From Carcharhinus longimanus (Eukaryota), in contig JASCQW010000139.1 in NCBI GenBank assembly GCA_030264375.1, forward strand, positions 6,529,654 through 6,593,653: a stretch of DNA of 64,000 nt. Reading direction: 5' to 3'. Below are positions 56,931 to 64,000 of the stretch, piece by piece. Below the pieces are notes generated by a model, which worked only from the letters and a program-made list of their open reading frames with translations, was not told where the DNA came from and did not search any database. The first letter of the stretch is position 1. Each line of letters begins with the position of its first letter. The position numbers were made by a program, and so were the translations under genes.

Positions 56931-57288
56931 CAAAATGGTAGACAGGAGTTGATGGATAGAGATGGAGGATGCGTTTAGACACCAAATTAAAATCTTTGAG
57001 ATGGAGTTTATTTCAAGTGTTACTTCCTAGATGCTTCCAGCCAAAGGTGCCTTGCTCTTCATTTTTACTTTAATCAGCTTGGTTCCATGTGCATCCAACC
57101 ATTGAAAGGCATGCACTTGCTTTAGTCAAAGTGGACAAGCTCATGAAGGAAACCATTTAGTTGAATTGCAATGCAGTGACAAGGCTGAGTCTGCACAAAC
57201 TTGTATTTTAAAGACCAAAAGAAAAACCCATCTAAACCAAATACAATACCCAATGAAAAAACTAAAAACATTATGAACTCATTCTTAC

Positions 57289-57496
57289 CTTTTAATGCAA
57301 TAACCTTGCTAGCTGGGTTCATAATAGCACTATCAGCAGAGATTGGACGGCGAATGGGATTGTTGGGTTCATTCATATCAATGATGACCACCTGGGCTTG
57401 CTCACCAACTTTCTCCCGAATGCAAATGAATTTGTCAGACTCCATTGTTAGAGTGCTGAACCCAATATTTGCAGGATTAATGCCCAGGTTTTGGAG
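57289..57496 (-). CDS. CLTC: CLTC exon 2 (208 nt; [12 protein letters not shown]...KVIALK)
   Basis: tttcag acceptor, G|gtaaga donor; terminal-domain sequence. Confidence 0.97.
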
Positions 57497-59169
57497 CTGA
57501 AACAAAAATGGCAATGAATCAGAAATGCATCAATGTCAAAAGCTAGGCTACTGGACAGGTGTGGAAACAATGAAAAATTTCTACAATGTTACAACTGCTT
57601 ATAATAAACCATTATTCTTTGGCTCAATTATGCCTCTAACCAAGTTTCACTTTTTACTGGTGGCCCACAAAATGAGGAAAAAGGGAAGCTAGTTCATAAG
57701 GGCATCCAAGCATGCAAGAATTGAAAAATGATTGGTCCTTTTACTTAAAGCATGTGCACCAGTTAGCGTTGACAATTAGTTCCACTTTCATGGCTCTTAA
57801 GTATTATGGGCAGGAATTGGTTTTGCCTTTCAGGGCTAATGCAATAAGATTGCCTGCCAGAGCAGGCTTGAAGAAATGGCTGAAGGCCAGAATACAATAC
57901 TCAAGCAAATGTTTGATACTTGCAGTATCAATGGAAAAGTTGCAATGACGATGCCTGGATACAAGTGGAAATATTTAAAATGATCAAGACAGATTTGGTT
58001 CTAGGTCTAAATTATGCAATTTGATCAGAATCAAAGGGAAACCAGAGAATCTAAAAATCCAGTCAAAATTAAGTAGAAGTGAATATCTGGTATTTAAGGT
58101 TTAAAATAATTCACATCTCAAAGTTACCAATCTTTAAAAGAATGAGAACTCATCCTGCTGATGGATAAAATGGGTGCAATCTACTGCATTCATATAAATC
58201 TAAAACTGCAGAAGTTCCAAACTGCAACAGGAAGCTGCAGGATATCAGATTAGAGTTGAGAGCAACAGGTGTTTAGACAATTTTTAACTGAAATGCCCCA
58301 GTCAGTCATGAATGATCAATACTCCATTTTAGAGCACTGACCCAAATACTAAAATTCTCTCACCACAGAAGTATTTTTGATTTGTGGAATCATGCTCAAG
58401 TTGAGGGGTTGGAGTTGGATGAGATTCTTTTCAATTTAGGTGGGCAGTGGCAAGTTACCACTTCTGGAATGAATATATGCACAACACCAGAGTTCAGATG
58501 TCAAACAGTACTAAATCTGAACATGAGTCATTAATATGGCATTCTTCCAGATCTCATTCTAATTGATGCATAGATGGCATTTAGGACATGAATTTCAGTG
58601 GAATACAGAAGTTAAATTAGAGGATACATTTAATGTTATTGAAACATTCCCATCTTACTGTAGAAGACAGTCACAATTGGTTGTACTTTATGAAGACCCA
58701 CTCAACATGGCAGTTTTGCATTTGAGATATATTCCACTTGCAAAATGTAGAATTTAAACAAAGCAAGCTGAAGCAATTTTGTAACTGAGCTACACATGGA
58801 GATCAAGAAAGCTGTCCTTGGTCACTTTGGAGAGCTAGCAGTTGAGTACTACATTATTCATGGTTAACAATACTGAAAAGTTATCTGGCAGACAGTCATA
58901 ACTCTAGTCAGCTGGTAAAAGATAAATATCCCTTCAGTGACTGCTGTGAAAATTCAAATTGTTTTACCAATTTTGATTCAGTCACATGTCTTTTGCAAAG
59001 ACATCTTGCATCAGAGGACAGACAGCATGCTGTTTTTGCCATCTGTCTGCATTATTCAAAGAATCAGATTGCTTTGACGCATTGTACATTTATTCCAATT
59101 AAATTGCAGATGTCAAGATCAAACTTTGATTGGGAGCTTGGTCAAACCAGTTGGGAATTATGTTATTTA

Positions 59170-59355
59170 GGTTGGCACAGTGGCTAGCACTGTTGCCTCA
59201 GCACCAGGGTTCAATTCCCACTTCAGGTCAGTGTGGAGTTTGCAGTGTGCATTTCCTCAGAATCCAAAAGTGGTGGGGTTAGCTGATAGGGGATAATTGT
59301 GCACCAGGTGTAGGCTCAAGGGTTGAATGGCCTCCTGCACTGTGGGGGGTTCTTG
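59170..59355 (+). mobile_element. HE1-type SINE, strongly eroded
   Basis: ggcacagtggctagcactgttgcctca...gggttcaattcc...gtgtggagtttgca. Confidence 0.65.
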
Positions 59356-59679
59356 AGCTTGCTACATTTCCATGCACTGACTTGTCAATTCTGAAGATAG
59401 AGGGGAGGGTGGGCGTCAACACTCCATTGCCTCAAATATTTATGCAGTTAACAACTGCAGTGTTTGAGTAAAACTATTTCAAAGTCAGATTGTACAAAAA
59501 TCAGGAACTCTACCAAACCAGACAACTGCATTTAGAAATATTAAGTGAGGGAATGCTGGCACTGAGGAAACACTAATTTGTGCTGTTGCACCAGTCATCT
59601 TCTACATTTCCTGCCCTTTTCATAGGGGCAAGTAACCTTGAATGATTGCTTTAGTCACCTGCATTTCAAACTTAGTTCA

Positions 59680-59900
59680 GGCATGAAGAACAAAATGCAC
59701 TTGCAGTTTAGTCACTAATATCACAAGTAATTTACACTCAGCAGGCTCCTACAAATAGGATGAAACGAGTGACTAGAACATCTGCTTCAGGTTGAGGGAT
59801 AACATGTTGGCCAGGACACTAGTGAATTTATTTTTGAACAGCGCTGTGGCATCTTCATGCAAAAAAGATTTGATAAACACTGCACTGAAGTCAGTCACAA
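59680..59900 (-). mobile_element. Deu-domain SINE remnant
   Basis: gttgagggataa.atgttggccaggacac is the reverse complement of the core at 5260-5295. Confidence 0.45.
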
Positions 59901-60379
59901 GTGTTGAATGCACAAACTTGGAATATCACTGATCCATGGTTAGAAACTTGAGAATGAGAATCTACATCCCAATATGATCATTCTGCACTGAAGCTATTTT
60001 CCATTCAAGGCAATTAATCCAAGACCACAGCACAAGAATGTCATATTTACATTAGAATTCCACTGCATTCAGATCAAAAATGACATAAGGATACAATGGT
60101 CGTACTTTCTAACTTCCACACAATTAAAACTCAAGCAGCTGTTAACGCCACTTTCCATAATACANNNNNNNNNNGTCTCCAGGCTGTTCCATTCAAGTTC
60201 AAGCAGCTACCAAAAATTTCAAACATTGACAGCAGAGAAGTTGGAACAGGCATTATTTCTTGCAAACCAAAAGAGCTAAACTTGAAAGGTTGTATTTGTC
60301 ACCATGGAAGATTTGGTGGGTTTTAAAAATCCAAAGTAATCAAGTCCAGCCAGCCACCAAATTGACATCCTTGATCCTA

Positions 60380-60925
60380 TTAGTCAAAAATCAATCTTTC
60401 AGAAAGGCTGGTGAGAAAAATCCAGCACAGGGACTGTTATATAAAAAAGTGGCCTAGATTTTTGATCCTTGAGTACTGTTTGCAAGTTTGGCATGTCTGT
60501 TACTACTTTCACCAGCTTCTACAGATGCACCATAGAAAGAATTTTCTGCTTTGTCACAGCTTGGTATGGCTCTTGTTGTGTCAAAGACTGCAAGAAACTC
60601 AAGGGTTATGAATGAAGCCCAGTCCATTCAAACCAGCCTCCCATCCGCTGACTCCATCTACCCTTCCCACTGCTTTGGAAAAAAGCAGCCAGCATAATCA
60701 AGGACCCCATGCAGTCCAGACACTTCCAACTTCTGTCAGGAAAAAAAAAGAGATAGAAAAGTTGATCTGTACCAACTGACTAAACAGCTTCTTCCCTGCT
60801 GCCAGATTTTTGAATGGCTCTACCTTGCATTAAGCTGCACCCTAGTTATAACTGCAACATTATATTCTGCACCCTCCATGAATGGTGTGCTTTGACTTAG
60901 TGTGCAAACAACTTTTCACTAATGA
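60380..60925 (+). mobile_element. Rex1/Babar-like LINE 3' part
   Basis: Colinear with 9385-9800 (caccatagaaag...aagactgcaagaaac...cttcttccctgctg). Confidence 0.65.
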
Positions 60926-63900
60926 CTCTGTACAAATACAATTCTTTGTTAATACCATAGACTGAAATAGGTGCTCTAGCCAAGATGCTTTATTACTTGC
61001 ACAACCATCTGCCTTCAACTTTTGAAAACAGGACACTGACTGAATTACAAAATTGAATAGCTAGGTGTCAGAACAGAAATGCAATTAATTCAGAAGTTAG
61101 TAGTAACAGTAATGTTTAATTTCTTCAACTAAACCAAAGTCTGAGGAAGGATTACCAGTTCTTTAGGCAAATTGATGGCTTGGTTGAACAGATGTCCAGC
61201 AAATTCTGGGTTTTTTGGATGAAACCCAAACTAAAATCATCCCTGCAGAGCTCAGCAACAGCCTAGGAAATTCTTGGAAGTTTAACTAAAGCCTTTTTCA
61301 CTACCCTACAAACCAGAAAATACTTGGCATTTCTACTTCCCAGCAGAAAACAGCATAGGTCAATAAAAATTGTTCTGTTTGGCACTGATGCGATTAACTA
61401 AGGTTTGCATGACCTTCACAAGTAACATTGTGACCACACCTTTTCTTGCATGGTTACAAGAGAAACTAAACATGGAACAAAAGTTGGGTGTGGTTACATT
61501 GGTCATCTCCCACCAATGCTAGATAAACTTGTACTTTCCAACAGGCCCAGAAGCTTGTATTTGATTACTGATTTGAAAAGTTCATAGATTTCCACTGCAG
61601 TGCAAGTTCTACAGCTAACTTCTAGCCTTTCCACTGCAAAATCAAGTAAAAGGATAAAAATCAAATGCAGCTATGCTGCTAACTCCAAGCATCAGGTACT
61701 GAGTCCAGCACGAGTAACCTTCAAGGGTGAAGATTTGGAATCAAACTATTGAAGCAAACTTTGTTTTGACTAAACAAGAAAATGACCTAAAACAAAAAAG
61801 TTAATCCAGGAACTTTAGCATACAAGATTAAAGCTGGAATAGTGAGCCAAACAAAAGGGGCTCGGGTGGCATTCTGCAAAGCTCTCTCCAGTGCTGGTTT
61901 GAACCTTTCATCCCTTTACCTACCAGGGATGAAACAGCACATTATCCACCAACTTGGTTATGTCCAAGAATCACCTTAAGGAAATTACCTCATGTTCCCA
62001 ATTTTCTGATTGGTGGGTTACATTAGTTCAAAATTTGCACCCGTGAACATCTTTGATCCCCACTGCAGAAGGAAAAATGGCAACTTCACAGGCAAAAGTG
62101 AAGTCTTGTAATACAAGTTGTCAAAGATGCTTTCAATTACCAAAAATGGAGTCAAAATGGAAAAAAGAGTATTCTAGTACTTATGAACAGGCTAGGAATC
62201 AGGACCAATGCTCCAACCTCACTGATGAAGGCTTGTCCTACTACTAAAGCCATTTCTGAACAATGTTAATTAGAACACTTACAAGCAGTAAATTGTTTGT
62301 TGTACGAGTTAGGATTTTAGCAACAGCATGGATATCAAAAAGGCAATTAAAGGGCTAGTCAATATAGCTCCACACTTGACACAGGGCCACTCAATCAGTA
62401 TACAGGAGGACTGAAACAGTGGTTCATTTAGTAAAATCTGTCTTGTTCTTAGTGCTGGCTAATCCATAAATTGCCCCAAGGTGCTAACAGGCTTTAGGTG
62501 ATTTTCAGTGTCCACAGTCAGCTTTATTATGGGATCACCACCTAGGGTCAGGTATAGGAAGGACTCAGGTACTCTAAGATGTTCACCATTATTCAATTTA
62601 AATTGAGAAAATTGAACTGGAATTACTATTGCTCAATGTTATGAGCAAGTGAAACAGGACTTGCCCATCCCTAGAAAAGTAATCCAGTTTGTTTAGTTGT
62701 ATTTAAACAAAAAAAACTTTACCAATGAAAATACAGTACTAGTTTTGAATGGGGAATCCAATGCATCTATTGTATTCATGGCAACCATGATCAGGTCATG
62801 CTGCCCCCACACTACTTTACAATTCTTAAAAATTTACCCCAATATGTAGGTTTGGTTTGCTGCTGCATGTTAACCCATTGATTCTTTCCTTTAATAAAGA
62901 TTACCTGTTTGGAAGGTATGTACTATACTTCAGTAACAATTTATGGTAAACTTACAACCACAACTGAGCCATTTTAAAAATGGCTTCATTATGACACAGC
63001 AAGATAATCTGCATCATTGGTAAGACTGCAACTGTGCAAAGTAACTAACTAGGCAAACAATTCCACAGTTGGTTGCATAGACAATGAGTACAACAGGTAA
63101 CAAAAAAATTGGCAAATGGTGGCTAACTATGGGAATGGTTTATAGTTTAGATAAGGGCTGAAGTGACAAGGTGGGTCAATAATCTAGTTTTGCTGATGTG
63201 GATCATAGCTCCAGGTGGATTGTTAAGCTTAGAGAAGCTTGATACAAAAAGGAGAGATGTTGGTGGGAGCAGCTAATGGATTACAAACACTAGCAACATT
63301 AAAGCACACTGTTAAAATGGAGTTTAAATGTGAACTTAAGACTTCTGATTTGTATGCAAGGTCCCAAATCAAAGTGAAACAAGATGGGTCTGGTAGGGAA
63401 ATGGGGTAGACACCACATGGGATATAGAAGTTCTTGCATGTCCTCTCCTACTTCTTACCAGTATAGCACTGAGGGACAGTGCAGCAAGGTCAGACTAGTG
63501 ATTAAAACAAATCAAGTTAGAACTAAAACTATGAATAAAGGGCCAGTTAATGCCAAGCTTTGTGATCTGTAAGCTATGTTTGTTCAAGATAAGTGCAGNN
63601 NNNNNNNNNNNNNNNNNNNNNNNNNNNNNNNNNNNNNNNNNNNNNNNNNNNNNNNNNNNNNNNNNNNNNNNNNNNNNNNNNNNNNNNNNNNNNNNNNNNN
63701 NNNNNNNNNNNNNNNNNNNNNNNNNNNNNNNNNNNNNNNNNNNNNNNNNNNNNNNNNNNNNNNNNNNNNNNNNNNNNNNNNNNNNNNNNNNNNNNNNNNN
63801 NNNNNNNNTGGACTCCAATGCAGACAAACTGGTATATTTTGGGAAGTGTCAAGAACATGCCCCAAAGCTTAATCTATAATCACTTTGTTCTTGGTTTTAA

Positions 63901-64000
63901 GTGATGTCTACACTAAACAGTAACAAACATTTTAGCAAGCCAGTGACCAAACAGGTATCTTGCATGTACTCCTTCACCTCAGACAGCCAATACTCAAATG

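Noticed and set aside
63458-63468. 10-nt exon-like pattern in intron 1 (gtccctcag|TGCTATACTG|gtaaga)
   Set aside because: Frameshifting; the acceptor resembles a common repeat-derived motif
63495-63904. Cluster of ORFs in all frames
   Set aside because: Artefact of translation through N runs; the same applies to other X-containing ORFs
57497-64000. CLTC exon 1 (MAQILPIRFQEHLQ) and promoter/CpG island
   Set aside because: No matching sequence or CpG-rich region seen; it must lie beyond the window or in the gap at 63599-63808

Overview
Vertebrate genomic scaffold with N gaps. The repeat landscape (HE1-type V-SINEs, Deu-domain SINEs, CR1, Rex1/Babar-like and Penelope-type elements) points to a cartilaginous fish. 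About 44 kb carries clathrin heavy chain CHC17 (CLTC) on the minus strand. All 31 constitutive coding exons 2-32 were traced by hand with GT-AG boundaries and consistent phase (57496 down to stop at 13624). Exon 1 and the promoter were not found, so they lie beyond 64000 or in a gap. With a 14-codon exon 1 the protein would be 1674 aa. No prokaryote-type system, CRISPR array, rRNA or true tRNA gene is present. The most interesting unexplained signal is three frame-preserving intronic microexon candidates missed by the ORF track. They are a 3-nt exon adding Asp beside the clathrin-box groove, a 12-nt exon (DMYQ) that I do not recognise from other CLTC genes, and a 21-nt exon (VDEIKKK) matching the known mammalian muscle microexon. 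Also noted: two possible poison exons, Penelope-type insertions with TSDs and degenerate hammerhead-ribozyme cores, and several assembly artefacts.
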